The notes under the pieces: generated by a model
What the model was told of the DNA's origin: nothing
Seen by the model: only the letters and a program-made list of their open reading frames with translations
The model's database searches: none
Shown here: positions 19,543 through 28,730 of the stretch, in pieces
How positions within the stretch are numbered: position 1 is the first letter of the stretch
How the letters are laid out: every line of letters begins with the position of its first letter
Position numbers and translations under genes: made by a program
DNA from: an uncultured archaeon
Lineage (GTDB): Archaea; Asgardarchaeota; Thorarchaeia; Thorarchaeales; Thorarchaeaceae
Assembly (NCBI GenBank): GCA_964473825.1
Contig: CAYYQL010000021.1
Span: forward strand, 1 to 42,867
Length of the DNA stretch: 42,867 nucleotides
Direction: 5' to 3'

Positions 19543-20430
19543 TCACTCCTCTAGTGGAAGATTGGGTAGTGACTCTCTTCTTCTATGCCACTCCTCAGGA
19601 ATTCCATCTATCCCCGTTGACATCACCACGATTCCGCCCACCATTGCGCAGGTTGTATCCATGTCTCCTCCCCCTCTGACGGTGCCCCACAGGGCCTCTT
19701 CGTAATCTCCCATGAAGACTGCAGAACACCAAATCACAAAAGGAATAGTATCCTGCGTAGTGACTTCGTATCCAGACCCCAGCTCCCGGGCTGCTTCTTC
19801 TACCGACACGTCTGGCCCCAAGGCAAGAGCGGTAGAGATTCCCTCCCTAGTCACACTTTCAGGCACGTATTCTAGTGTATTCTCAATAAAATTATGGAAA
19901 CTGTGGTTCTTCGAAGAGAGATAGTCACTTGCCAGCGCGGTCGCTATGGCCACGGCAATGGCCCCAGCTGTAGCCTCACTGTGATGATGGGTGACCTGCG
20001 CCGACAGGGCTGCATTCTCAACGGCATCATCAGGCTTGTCAGCGAAGAATGCACCAACGGGAGCGACTCTCATGGATGCGCCATTTCCGAATGAGCCCTC
20101 ACCGCCAAACAAGGAGGCAAAAAGAGGTCGCCAAGGTTCCCCGCGTTTCACTCTCGGCAAGCAGGCATGCATACCTCGACCATATCCGCGTGCTGGGTTG
20201 TATTGATTTGCGAAACTCGCTGCGAGTGAATTCTGGTTGATTTTGCCCTCTTTCATGAGAATGGAAACTATTGAGAGCGCCATGAGGGTGTCGTCAGTGT
20301 ATGACCACGGACCGGGAGGAAGAGACTTCTCGTAAGCCATCTTACGTCGATAGAAGAACTGCTCGCCGAAAGCATCGCCTACAGAGAGACCTTCGAGGGA
20401 TAACAACATCCGCTCAACACTAGATTTCAT
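19543..20430 (-). CDS. ADP-ribosylglycohydrolase (DraG/ARH family)
   Basis: GLSVGDAFG, TDDT, GNGASMR, TH and GGDMDT motifs; start may extend to 20475. Confidence 0.92.
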   Translation of the reverse strand: MKSSVERMLLSLEGLSVGDAFGEQFFYRRKMAYEKSLPPGPWSYTDDTLMALSIVSILMKEGKINQNSLAASFANQYNPARGYGRGMHACLPRVKRGEPWRPLFASLFGGEGSFGNGASMRVAPVGAFFADKPDDAVENAALSAQVTHHHSEATAGAIAVAIATALASDYLSSKNHSFHNFIENTLEYVPESVTREGISTALALGPDVSVEEAARELGSGYEVTTQDTIPFVIWCSAVFMGDYEEALWGTVRGGGDMDTTCAMVGGIVVMSTGIDGIPEEWHRRRESLPNLPLEE

Positions 20431-20554
20431 AAGATTCTGATTGGCGGAGGACCCTTTGGAATCTTTCGGAATCACAGTTTGGAAGAAGTCAAAAGGCCTT
20501 ACCTCATAGGTCTATTGAAGCTTCGGAAGCATCTTAGATAAGGACGGAATCTTC

Positions 20555-21052
20555 TTGCGCGTATTTGCAGTTTCAGGTTACTCAGGCACAGGAAAGACAA
20601 TGCTCATTGAGCGACTTGTGCTTGCTTTGAAGAAAAGAGGATATTCTGTGGGAGTGATCAAGAGCTCTAAGGAGGACATCAGACCTCCCCAAGGCACCGA
20701 TACCTTCAGGCACCTCAAAGCATCTGCAAGCCCAGTCGTGCTTCTGGGTCCTAACACTACAACTGTTAGATATCAGAGAAGGCTGGAATCCAGTGAGCTG
20801 TTTTTCACAATTAAGGTGGACTTGATTCTACTAGAGGGATTCAAGTCAATTGCACTCCCTAGAGTACTCTGCATTGGTGACCAAGAGCTGAACAAGAGTA
20901 GAATTCCTAAGGGAACATATGCCATCATTACATGGGAAAAGACTGACTTGGAGGAACAAATCAGTCTCCCCGTAATACAGTCAGATGAAACAGAGAGAAT
21001 CGTTTCTCTCATCGAGTCAAGTGCGATGGAGTATGAGCATATCAGATTCTGA
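20555..21052 (+). CDS. mobB: Molybdopterin-guanine dinucleotide biosynthesis protein B
   Basis: GYSGTGKT P-loop, GYSVGVIK, GTDT.R and DLILLEGFK. Confidence 0.85.
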   Translation: MRVFAVSGYSGTGKTMLIERLVLALKKRGYSVGVIKSSKEDIRPPQGTDTFRHLKASASPVVLLGPNTTTVRYQRRLESSELFFTIKVDLILLEGFKSIALPRVLCIGDQELNKSRIPKGTYAIITWEKTDLEEQISLPVIQSDETERIVSLIESSAMEYEHIRF

Positions 21053-21072
21053 AGAGAGAACAGCGTGGAAAG

Positions 21073-21096
21073 GTTGAGGGAGGTCTCTCCCCCAAC
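21073..21096. terminator. Hairpin between the convergent mobB and sulfurtransferase genes
   Basis: GTTGAGGGAG-GTCT-CTCCCCCAAC, imperfect stem. Confidence 0.4.
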
Positions 21097-21118
21097 TCAC
21101 ATGCTCATTGTCTAACCA

Positions 21119-21988
21119 CTAAGGTTCCATACCCGTAGCAACAGGTCGGTCGGGGTCTTCAGTCCACTCTGTAAAGCTACCTTCATACAACTTCACATTG
21201 GGATAATCGAGTAGGTGCCTGAAGATAGTATATTCGTTTGTGGCCTCACGACCTGTTCCACAAGAACACATGATCGTCTTGTCCTTCGTTGCGCCAACCT
21301 CTCCGACCAGTTTCCTAATCTCTTCCACTGGCTTCAGCTCAGTTGCGTTCTCGGGATGCATTAGACTCTTCCAAGGAAGATTCACCGCTCCGGGTATGTG
21401 CCCATCGCGAATCCAAGGGCTTTCTTCACCCTTGTACCAGTTTGACGGTCTTGCGTCAAGCAAGATGACATCCTGCTTGTCCTTAGTCTTCTCAACCTCT
21501 TTCAGGTCAGCAAACATGTCTCTGTTGACCTTTGCCTTGAAGTTGGCAGGCTTAACATCTGGAAACTCCTGGGTGATCAGCTTGTCCTCCTTGATCCATT
21601 TGTCGAAGCCTCCGTCAAGCAGGTAGACCTCCTTGTGGCCGAACCGCAACAGAGTATAGGCAAGCATGGGTTGATCGAGTCCGTCACCCCAGCCCTGATG
21701 CAGTCCCATTCCAGTGTAGATTACAACGGGCGTTTCAGTGCTCACACCGATACGACTCATAAGAGCCTCAAACTGTTTCGGCTCGATGTACACGCCGGGA
21801 CGTCCGTGCTCAGGAACTCGCAGAAGCTTCTGTGCGAAGTAGACGGCTCCTGGAATGTGAGCCTTGATATAATCGTGGATATCAGGCTGAACGTCTATGA
21901 TCTTCATTTCATCAAGATGCTTTTCCAGCCAGTTTGTAGAGACCCATTTCAATTCTCCAAAGCCAAATGGTGTTTCATCACTCTTCAT
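21119..21988 (-). CDS. Tandem-domain rhodanese/thiosulfate sulfurtransferase
   Basis: HIPGA twice, LLDGG, active-site loop CGTGREA and LYEGSFTEW; a TATA-like box at 22007-22015 favours a leaderless start at 21988. Confidence 0.92.
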   Translation of the reverse strand: MKSDETPFGFGELKWVSTNWLEKHLDEMKIIDVQPDIHDYIKAHIPGAVYFAQKLLRVPEHGRPGVYIEPKQFEALMSRIGVSTETPVVIYTGMGLHQGWGDGLDQPMLAYTLLRFGHKEVYLLDGGFDKWIKEDKLITQEFPDVKPANFKAKVNRDMFADLKEVEKTKDKQDVILLDARPSNWYKGEESPWIRDGHIPGAVNLPWKSLMHPENATELKPVEEIRKLVGEVGATKDKTIMCSCGTGREATNEYTIFRHLLDYPNVKLYEGSFTEWTEDPDRPVATGMEP

Positions 21989-22315
21989 ATTTAACATCAG
22001 ATTAACTATAATAAAGCACCACTTTTATGTCTGACGGCAGGTAAAATACTCCGGTCAATCGGACTCTCACAGTTTGTCACCAAAGCCCACTGCTCTGAAA
22101 CCAAGGTATTAGCATAGCACTGACATATGCTCAACCTCACCTTTCTCTTGGCTCATCACTGCACTTCATCAGTTCCGTCTTATTCAAAACTTGAGCAAGA
22201 GTGCAAGCTGTACTCCGCCTAGTTCTGAATGTGATAGAGGAAAACACAATGGATAGATAAGTCGCCATTCCTCTATCTGCTAGGGAATAGGCGTCGCTAT
22301 AGACGGTGATACCGC

Positions 22316-23686
22316 ATGTCAGAACTTGTCTTTGAAAGAATCGGCGAATACATCTTCGCTCCATTCAATACATTTGTGTACCTCGATGCAGACGTGATGC
22401 TTGAAATTGGAACTTCGGAATGGCAACGTCGTTTGGTCGATTTCTTGAATGAAACAAAGACTGATGTGTGTAGGACAGGCTACAGAGTGGAGTGGGGGAC
22501 CGAGTTTTCAGCTGACTTCAAGTTATCTAAGGGTGTATTCGCTCCCCCTGGCACAGAGAATAGCTTCATCATGGCCAGATTGATTCATGAAGAGTCGGGC
22601 GACTGTTCATGCGGAATCCTTGAGGAGATTGAGGATATCTTCCCTGAAAACACGCTCTCCTTTGAGAATGTCACGCTCTATTTCGAAGACTGCGGCGTGG
22701 GAACTTGCAGCGTGCGCATCTCACTTGAGAAAGAGGGCGGCTTGAGCATACTAGAGCTGGAAAGAATATCTGAATCTGTCAACTCCATCTATAAGGAATA
22801 TTTTGAGGAAATTGCCTACGAACTGTCTCAGTGCTACGTGGCTGCAGTCCGCAGTCTAGGAGTTCCGCACTACTCCTTTAGCTTTCTGCCCGAACTCCAC
22901 GAGGTTGATAGAGCCACTCATTTCATTCCTTGGACTCACAGAGTATACCATGTCCAAGACGATCGTCTATTCGAGATGGATAATCCAGGCGAGCATTTCA
23001 GGCACTTACTCACGCCCTCTCGGCAGATGGACATTTCCGACCTCTCAATCTATGATAATCGCTGGGTGTATTTTGGCTGGGGACACTCCATCATCTTCAC
23101 ATCAAGTGTTGATGATGGCTATTCGCAGACAAGCAGGCCGGTATATGACTACGTGCGTCTCGTTGAGATTGCCCAGGCAGAGTGGCAGTTCTTGGATGTC
23201 CTGAAGGATGTAGTCAGGTATTCTATCAGCTCATTTGGCCGTCACCATGATAGTATGGATATCGGTGTGCTTCAGAATGCTATAACAGAGGTACGGAGTT
23301 TCAATAACGGAGTCAACAGACTGCTCTCCGACCACAGGGGCATCAGAATCACCTTCGACACGGAGAAGAGAGTCTTATTGTCTGAACTGCACAACAGATG
23401 GCTGACACGGAGCCTGATGGATGGCCTTCTAGAGGACCTAGAGAAAATTGAGGATCTTCTTGACCAGTTGTACCAAAGACAGAAAGAACAGCGAGAGGAG
23501 TCGCTGAACACCATTGCGCTATTGTTCACTGTGATAGGCATAGTGGAAGTGATTGCCCTAGTGCTAGATACTCTCAGCCCTGTTGTCTCGATCTCACCCT
23601 ATGTCCAGCTTTCGCTTATTGCCATTGGGACACTCAGCATGGCCGTAGTCATTTCTTTGTACCTCAGGTATACCTCAAGAGGATGA
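22316..23686 (+). CDS. Hypothetical protein with CorA/RMD1-like architecture (soluble domain, long helix, two C-terminal TMs)
   Basis: Long heptad helix LLEDLEKIEDLLDQLYQRQKEQREE followed by two hydrophobic helices; no GMN motif. Confidence 0.6.
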   Translation: MSELVFERIGEYIFAPFNTFVYLDADVMLEIGTSEWQRRLVDFLNETKTDVCRTGYRVEWGTEFSADFKLSKGVFAPPGTENSFIMARLIHEESGDCSCGILEEIEDIFPENTLSFENVTLYFEDCGVGTCSVRISLEKEGGLSILELERISESVNSIYKEYFEEIAYELSQCYVAAVRSLGVPHYSFSFLPELHEVDRATHFIPWTHRVYHVQDDRLFEMDNPGEHFRHLLTPSRQMDISDLSIYDNRWVYFGWGHSIIFTSSVDDGYSQTSRPVYDYVRLVEIAQAEWQFLDVLKDVVRYSISSFGRHHDSMDIGVLQNAITEVRSFNNGVNRLLSDHRGIRITFDTEKRVLLSELHNRWLTRSLMDGLLEDLEKIEDLLDQLYQRQKEQREESLNTIALLFTVIGIVEVIALVLDTLSPVVSISPYVQLSLIAIGTLSMAVVISLYLRYTSRG

Positions 23687-23689
23687 GGG

Positions 23690-24433
23690 TTGAAATTGGA
23701 AGAACACCAAGACAGTCAAGTCATCATTCTACAGGCGGATGGTACTATAGATGCACAACACGGCTATGGTCATCCAATATTGCTTCGCCTTCAGGAACAC
23801 GGAATGTCAGCGGAGATCGTTGATCTTCCTAGTACTGCGTTCGAACTGGATAGACTTCCTCCTAAGCCAATCATCATCTCGGGCGGGATGACGGAGGTGA
23901 CTTCAGAAGTGGGTTGGATCATAGAAGCCAAGCGGTTCTTGCAAAGACAAATCCAATCCAACCTTCGTAGTTCACCAGGCGAAAAGCGAGGGATTCTCGG
24001 TATATGCTTTGGAGCTCAATTGATAGCTGAGGCACTGCAATGCGGCAGTGTGCAATATCTTGACGACCCGGAGATTGGAACTAGTCATATTGTGCTCAGC
24101 AGGACGAATCATCCCCTCTTTCAGGGCTTTGATCAGGAGTTTGAGGCGTATTCCTTCCACTATAACCAGATTCTGCCGAAAGGAGTTTCAATCATCTCTG
24201 ACCATCACTTCAAGGGACACTACTTCGTTCAAGCCTTTGAAGTTCCAGACAGTGCAACCTATGGAGTCCAGTTTCATCCTGAATTCCGGAGGAATGAATT
24301 CAAGAGACTGCTTGTCACCTACAGCTCACTACTAGAGGATTTGGGGGTGGACGTGAAGCCTATCTTGACAAGCCTCCCAGCCCTGCGGAGAAACGAGAAA
24401 CTTCTGTTGAATTTCCTAAATATGCATCCCTAG
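23690..24433 (+). CDS. Class I glutamine amidotransferase-like protein
   Basis: IIISGG, catalytic GICFGAQ and QFHPE. Confidence 0.88.
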   Translation: MKLEEHQDSQVIILQADGTIDAQHGYGHPILLRLQEHGMSAEIVDLPSTAFELDRLPPKPIIISGGMTEVTSEVGWIIEAKRFLQRQIQSNLRSSPGEKRGILGICFGAQLIAEALQCGSVQYLDDPEIGTSHIVLSRTNHPLFQGFDQEFEAYSFHYNQILPKGVSIISDHHFKGHYFVQAFEVPDSATYGVQFHPEFRRNEFKRLLVTYSSLLEDLGVDVKPILTSLPALRRNEKLLLNFLNMHP

Positions 24434-24576
24434 TAGCCCGTGTGCTATGCCAACCAAAGAGCATCAGACCGACATTTCTTTCACAGTGAAAGGATCTGGA
24501 AATGAACAGCAAGGACAAGATAGCCACTAGTCTTTCGACAACTGAACATGAGGGAAGCCATTCACTCTAAGTCGGG

Positions 24577-25638
24577 TTAGATTCCAAAGTCCTCAGGCGG
24601 GTAGTCTTCAGCCGCAGTTCGAGCCATGGTAAGGGCCATCACAGCCTTCTGAACATGGAGCCTGTTCTCTGCAATACCGTAGACAATGGATCTCGGGCCA
24701 TCCACAACCTCGTCAGTGACTTCAGAGTTTCGGTCAACGGGACCGCAATGAATGAAGAATGCATCATCGGTCTTTTCCATCCACTCCTTGGTCGTGATCC
24801 AGTCATCATGCTTCTTAGCCTTCTCAATCTCTCGCTTCTTTGCTTCTTCAACACCATGCTTCTTTGCCAAGTCATAGTAGTTAGAAGTCATCCAGTTTCT
24901 TGAGTAGACGAAATGGGCACCATCATAGCCCTCTTCCAAATCATGCACTATCTCAAATGCGCTGTCAGAGGCCTCGGCATTCTGTTCACACGTCTTAATC
25001 ACTTCAGGGTCAAGATCATAGCCCTCGGGATGGCATAGAGTCACATCCATGCCAAGACGTGAATTGATGAGAATACTCTCCTGTACTGATGACCAAGAGC
25101 GAACCAGTGCGCCTTTACCCCAGACTTGGAGAAGCTTCTTACCCTTGAGGTCTCCAGCGTGCTGCCTCATTCCCATTACGTCAGCAAGCCCCTGGCAGGG
25201 GTGGAACTTGTCGTGAGCCATCGAAACAATAGGTATGGTAGCATGCTGTGCATACTCTCGAAGCAGTTCATCGCCCTGTCCGTACTCCTCGATGGCAGTC
25301 TCCAGTATTCTGATTCCAATCCCAACAAAATACCTACTCATCACATTTGCTGCATCTTCAATCGTTTCGCCAGCACTCTTCGCAGATTTCAGGCGCATGC
25401 TCTTCGGTTCGAGGAATTGTGCGTGTCCGCCAAGCTCTGTGGCTGCAGCCTCAAAAGACTGCCGAGTACGCACACTTGGATTATAGAAGAACATCGCAAA
25501 GGTTCGCCTATCGAGGCAGTTTCTCAAAGGATGATTATAACGATCATCTTTGAACTCGACAGCGAGCTCCAATGCCCGCTCGATGTACTCAACAGGCCAG
25601 TCTTGAGTTGTGATAAGGTCGCGTCCGTAGATAGTCAT
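24577..25638 (-). CDS. Transcarbamylase (OTCase superfamily, atypical knotted-like); substrate unknown
   Basis: SVRTR, HPCQ and AENRLH; HCGP in place of HCLP; no DxxxSMG ornithine loop. Confidence 0.88.
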   Translation of the reverse strand: MTIYGRDLITTQDWPVEYIERALELAVEFKDDRYNHPLRNCLDRRTFAMFFYNPSVRTRQSFEAAATELGGHAQFLEPKSMRLKSAKSAGETIEDAANVMSRYFVGIGIRILETAIEEYGQGDELLREYAQHATIPIVSMAHDKFHPCQGLADVMGMRQHAGDLKGKKLLQVWGKGALVRSWSSVQESILINSRLGMDVTLCHPEGYDLDPEVIKTCEQNAEASDSAFEIVHDLEEGYDGAHFVYSRNWMTSNYYDLAKKHGVEEAKKREIEKAKKHDDWITTKEWMEKTDDAFFIHCGPVDRNSEVTDEVVDGPRSIVYGIAENRLHVQKAVMALTMARTAAEDYPPEDFGI

Positions 25639-25738
25639 ACTCGATCGTCATTCACATCCATGATGCTCATCTATAACTCTATCTCAAGAGGGCAGAAGAC
25701 TGAAAGCAATCAACACAGGACGTCGGCAATAGGCTTGG

Positions 25739-26050
25739 TCAACCCAGGCTGTGATCAACCTCAAATCCGGAATATTCACTCCAGGCCGGCGAGAAGCCAT
25801 TCTCATCCTGATAGTGGATTGAGAGATCCCCCACGTGAGGACGAACGCCCAGCACTGTCCGCTCCAAGCCCTTCAATCTCTCTGCGAGTTCATCGATCTC
25901 GTTTCGAGTACCTTCACAGAAGACCTCCACTCGCCCATCACGAAGATTTCTTACGAGACCCTTTAGGCCAATCGCCCGTGCTATCTTTCTCGTAGTCGCA
26001 CGAAAACCGACGCCTTGGACTCGACCTTTGATAAGCATTCTCGCCTTCAC
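25739..26050 (-). CDS. acyP: Acylphosphatase
   Basis: GRVQGVGFR and GLVRNLRDGRVEV. Confidence 0.93.
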   Translation of the reverse strand: MKARMLIKGRVQGVGFRATTRKIARAIGLKGLVRNLRDGRVEVFCEGTRNEIDELAERLKGLERTVLGVRPHVGDLSIHYQDENGFSPAWSEYSGFEVDHSLG

Positions 26051-26139
26051 TACATTGACACCATCATGTGGGCCCCTACATTAGGGACTTCTTAAGACCC
26101 AACTTGCCGGAGAGTGTACATAATTGCTTGGAAATCGTA

Positions 26140-26173
26140 AAGAAGGTGGGGAGTGCCAGATGGACACTCTCCC
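26140..26173 (-). terminator. Hairpin plus pyrimidine tract downstream of the second transcarbamylase
   Basis: Plus strand GGGGAGTGCCA-GA-TGGACACTCTCC; CCTTCTTT follows on the minus strand. Confidence 0.45.
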
Positions 26174-26201
26174 AAGACCAATCCTTCAGGTAGTTCGAGA
26201 A

Positions 26202-27248
26202 TCATCTCATGGTGAGAGCAAGGACCGCTTTCTGACCATGCATCCGATTCTCTGCCTGATCGAACACAATCGACTGCGGGCCATCGATGACCGAATTCGA
26301 CACTTCAAAGCCTCGGTCTGCAGGGAGACAGTGCATGTAATAAGCGTCTAAGCGAGCATTCTTCATCATGTCATCGTCGCAGATCCAGTGCTTGTTCTTG
26401 TCGAAGACCTCTTGTGCCTTCTCAAGCTCAGGCTTGTCATTGAAGGGTGGAATGAACTCCTTGCAGGTCCAGGCCTTGGGATATACGACGTGAGCTCCCT
26501 CGAAGGCTTCTTCCATGTCATTCACTATCTCGAAACTTGATTCGTTCTGCTCAGCATAGACATTACACTGTTTGATGATTTCGTCATCCAGCTCCATGCC
26601 CTTTGGGTGAGCAAGCACGGTCTCCATTCCCATCTTGGTGGCACCAATGACTGCACTCTGAGGAACAGCCAGTGGCTTGTGGACTGATGGAGAGTAGGCC
26701 CAGCTCATGACGAACTTCACATCCTTGAAGGTGCCAAATTTCTCCTTGACTGTCATCACATCGGCCAGTGCCTGACAGGGGTGATACTTGTCATCCTCCA
26801 TGTTGATGACGGGAATGTCTGCCCAATGAGCGAAGTTGTTGATGATCTCATTTGCCCGACCATATTGCCAACCAACTGGATCCCCATAGCAACGGATTGC
26901 GATTCCTTGCCCCATCCTTGCCAGAACTCGTGCTACATCTGACACGCGTTCAGTAGAGTATGCTTTCTCATCACCTTCAAGTGCAGGTGCATAAATCTTG
27001 CTTGGATCCAAGAAGTGAGCGTGACCACCCAGTTGGGTCATGCCCGCCTCAAACGAATTCCGGGTACGAAGCGATTGGTTATAGAAGATCATGAACAAAG
27101 TCTTGGCATCAAGAAGCTTGTGTGGCTCCCAGAGCGCATATTTCTTTTTCAGATCTAGTGCAACATCGATGAGAGTCTCAATCTCTTCCTTACTGTAATC
27201 AAGCAGAGTGATGTAGTCTCTGCCTCTGAAGCTCTCTGTCTTTACCAT
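26202..27248 (-). CDS. Knotted transcarbamylase, YgeW/N-acylornithine carbamoyltransferase-like
   Basis: SLRTR, HPCQ, WAYSPSVHKPLAVPQS (YgeW-like knot loop), YPKAW and HCLP; ATG 27248 lies 30 nt after TTATAA. Confidence 0.9.
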   Translation of the reverse strand: MVKTESFRGRDYITLLDYSKEEIETLIDVALDLKKKYALWEPHKLLDAKTLFMIFYNQSLRTRNSFEAGMTQLGGHAHFLDPSKIYAPALEGDEKAYSTERVSDVARVLARMGQGIAIRCYGDPVGWQYGRANEIINNFAHWADIPVINMEDDKYHPCQALADVMTVKEKFGTFKDVKFVMSWAYSPSVHKPLAVPQSAVIGATKMGMETVLAHPKGMELDDEIIKQCNVYAEQNESSFEIVNDMEEAFEGAHVVYPKAWTCKEFIPPFNDKPELEKAQEVFDKNKHWICDDDMMKNARLDAYYMHCLPADRGFEVSNSVIDGPQSIVFDQAENRMHGQKAVLALTMR

Positions 27249-27277
27249 TGTACTCACAAAGAAAAAGAGGAAGCGGA

Positions 27278-27283
27278 TTATAA
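27278..27283 (-). promoter_or_regulatory. Putative TATA box of the transcarbamylase gene
   Basis: CTTATAA 30 nt upstream of ATG 27248. Confidence 0.45.
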
Positions 27284-27397
27284 GAAAAATGTTGCCTACC
27301 GGTAAGAACCGATTGAGCATCGAGTAACTATATGGCAGTTCTTATATCAAACACTGAGTGAGGATGAACAAGAACAATTGCGGAGCAGAGAAGAACT

Positions 27398-28582
27398 ATG
27401 CATAGAGAGATTGCGAAAGGTGTCTATTATGTGGGTGTAGACGACCACCATACAGAGCTATTTGAGAACCTGTGGGAAATCCCGCGGGGTGTATCCTACA
27501 ATAGCTACTTGATTGTCGACGATAAGATAGCTTTGATTGAGACCGTGAAAGAACCGTGGACGGAGGAGTGGCTCGACAACATCAGAGAGATTGTTGACCC
27601 TTCCAAGATCGATTACATCATTCTCAACCATATGGAACCAGACCACACAGGTGCCCTACCACACATTGCGAAGATTGCCAAGGATGCAACCATGGTCTAC
27701 ACTCCCAAAGCCGCCCCGATGCAGAAGTCGTTCTACGATGTTGGACTCGAGGAGAAGACTGTTGAAGACCTTGAGGAGATATCTCTTGGGTCAAAGACAC
27801 TGAAGTTTGTGCATGCGATGTTTTTACACTGGCCCGAGACCATGCTGACATATCTGGGTGAGGATAAGATTCTCTTCTCGTGTGACGCGTTCGGCGCCTA
27901 TGGAGCACTCAACGGCAATATCTTCGACGATGAGATTGACCTGAGCATGGTGGAGCAAGAGAGCAGACGCTACCTGTCCACTATCATCACGAGCTATCTC
28001 AAGTTTGTTCAGAGGGGCATAGCCAAGGTCAAAGACCTAGGTATTGAGATTGACGTGATTGCACCGAGTCATGGCCCCGTTTATCGTGAGAACCCGATGT
28101 GGATTGTCGAGAAGTATGCAGAATGGAGCAGTCCCAATCTTGAGAAAACATGTTGTATTGTCTATGGTTCGATGTACGGGTATACTCATCGGCTGGCTAT
28201 CAAGTTGAAGAAGGAACTCCTTGAACTAGGAGTTGATGTGAAAGTTCACAATGTGTCCTATGCAAGGACAGGCGACATTCTTGTCGACTCGATGCGAGCT
28301 GGTGTCCTGGTAATTGGCAGTCCGACCTACGATGCATACCCCTTCCCGAAAGTCTGGAGTTTCGTTAGCGAAATAGAGGGAAAGCGATTTGCGGAGAGAC
28401 CCGTCGGTCTATTCGGTACCTTCGGATGGGGAGGCGGTGGAGTCAGAAAACTGAACAAGTGGCTCGAGGAGCAGAAGTTTGAGATTCTGGACCCCGTAAT
28501 CCGAGTGAAAGCCAGACCGAGTGCAGGGGAAGAAGCCAAAATCAAGGAGCTTGCCAAGACCATAGCCGCTAGACTCAAGTGA
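27398..28582 (+). CDS. fprA: Flavodiiron protein (FprA/ROO/NorV family)
   Basis: GVSYNSYLI, HMEPDH, HWPE, SCDAFG, PSHG and flavodoxin YGSMYGYT. Confidence 0.95.
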   Translation: MHREIAKGVYYVGVDDHHTELFENLWEIPRGVSYNSYLIVDDKIALIETVKEPWTEEWLDNIREIVDPSKIDYIILNHMEPDHTGALPHIAKIAKDATMVYTPKAAPMQKSFYDVGLEEKTVEDLEEISLGSKTLKFVHAMFLHWPETMLTYLGEDKILFSCDAFGAYGALNGNIFDDEIDLSMVEQESRRYLSTIITSYLKFVQRGIAKVKDLGIEIDVIAPSHGPVYRENPMWIVEKYAEWSSPNLEKTCCIVYGSMYGYTHRLAIKLKKELLELGVDVKVHNVSYARTGDILVDSMRAGVLVIGSPTYDAYPFPKVWSFVSEIEGKRFAERPVGLFGTFGWGGGGVRKLNKWLEEQKFEILDPVIRVKARPSAGEEAKIKELAKTIAARLK

Positions 28583-28643
28583 ATCTATGAACCAACTCGA
28601 TCTGGGTCAAGAACTACTCTTTCAGATAGCACTAAAGGCATTC

Positions 28644-28650
28644 TTATAAA
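28644..28650 (+). promoter_or_regulatory. Putative TATA box of the rubrerythrin gene
   Basis: TTATAAA in the intergenic region, then AGAGGAG RBS before ATG 28731. Confidence 0.45.
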
Positions 28651-28730
28651 CAACGGTTTAGCAAGTCACGTAGAATATCCCATACAAGCGTCGCAACAGT
28701 GACGTAATATGAAGAGGAGAAACGACATAG

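Noticed and set aside
20555-21988. mobB plus rhodanese as a molybdenum-cofactor operon
   Set aside because: The genes are convergent and no other moa/moe/mob genes are in the window; adjacency alone is insufficient.
25126-25995. 289-aa plus-strand ORF
   Set aside because: Antisense shadow of the transcarbamylase and acylphosphatase genes; no motifs.
24577-27248. Assigning argF/arcB gene symbols
   Set aside because: The ornithine-binding SMG loop and canonical STRT are absent, so the substrate cannot be called.
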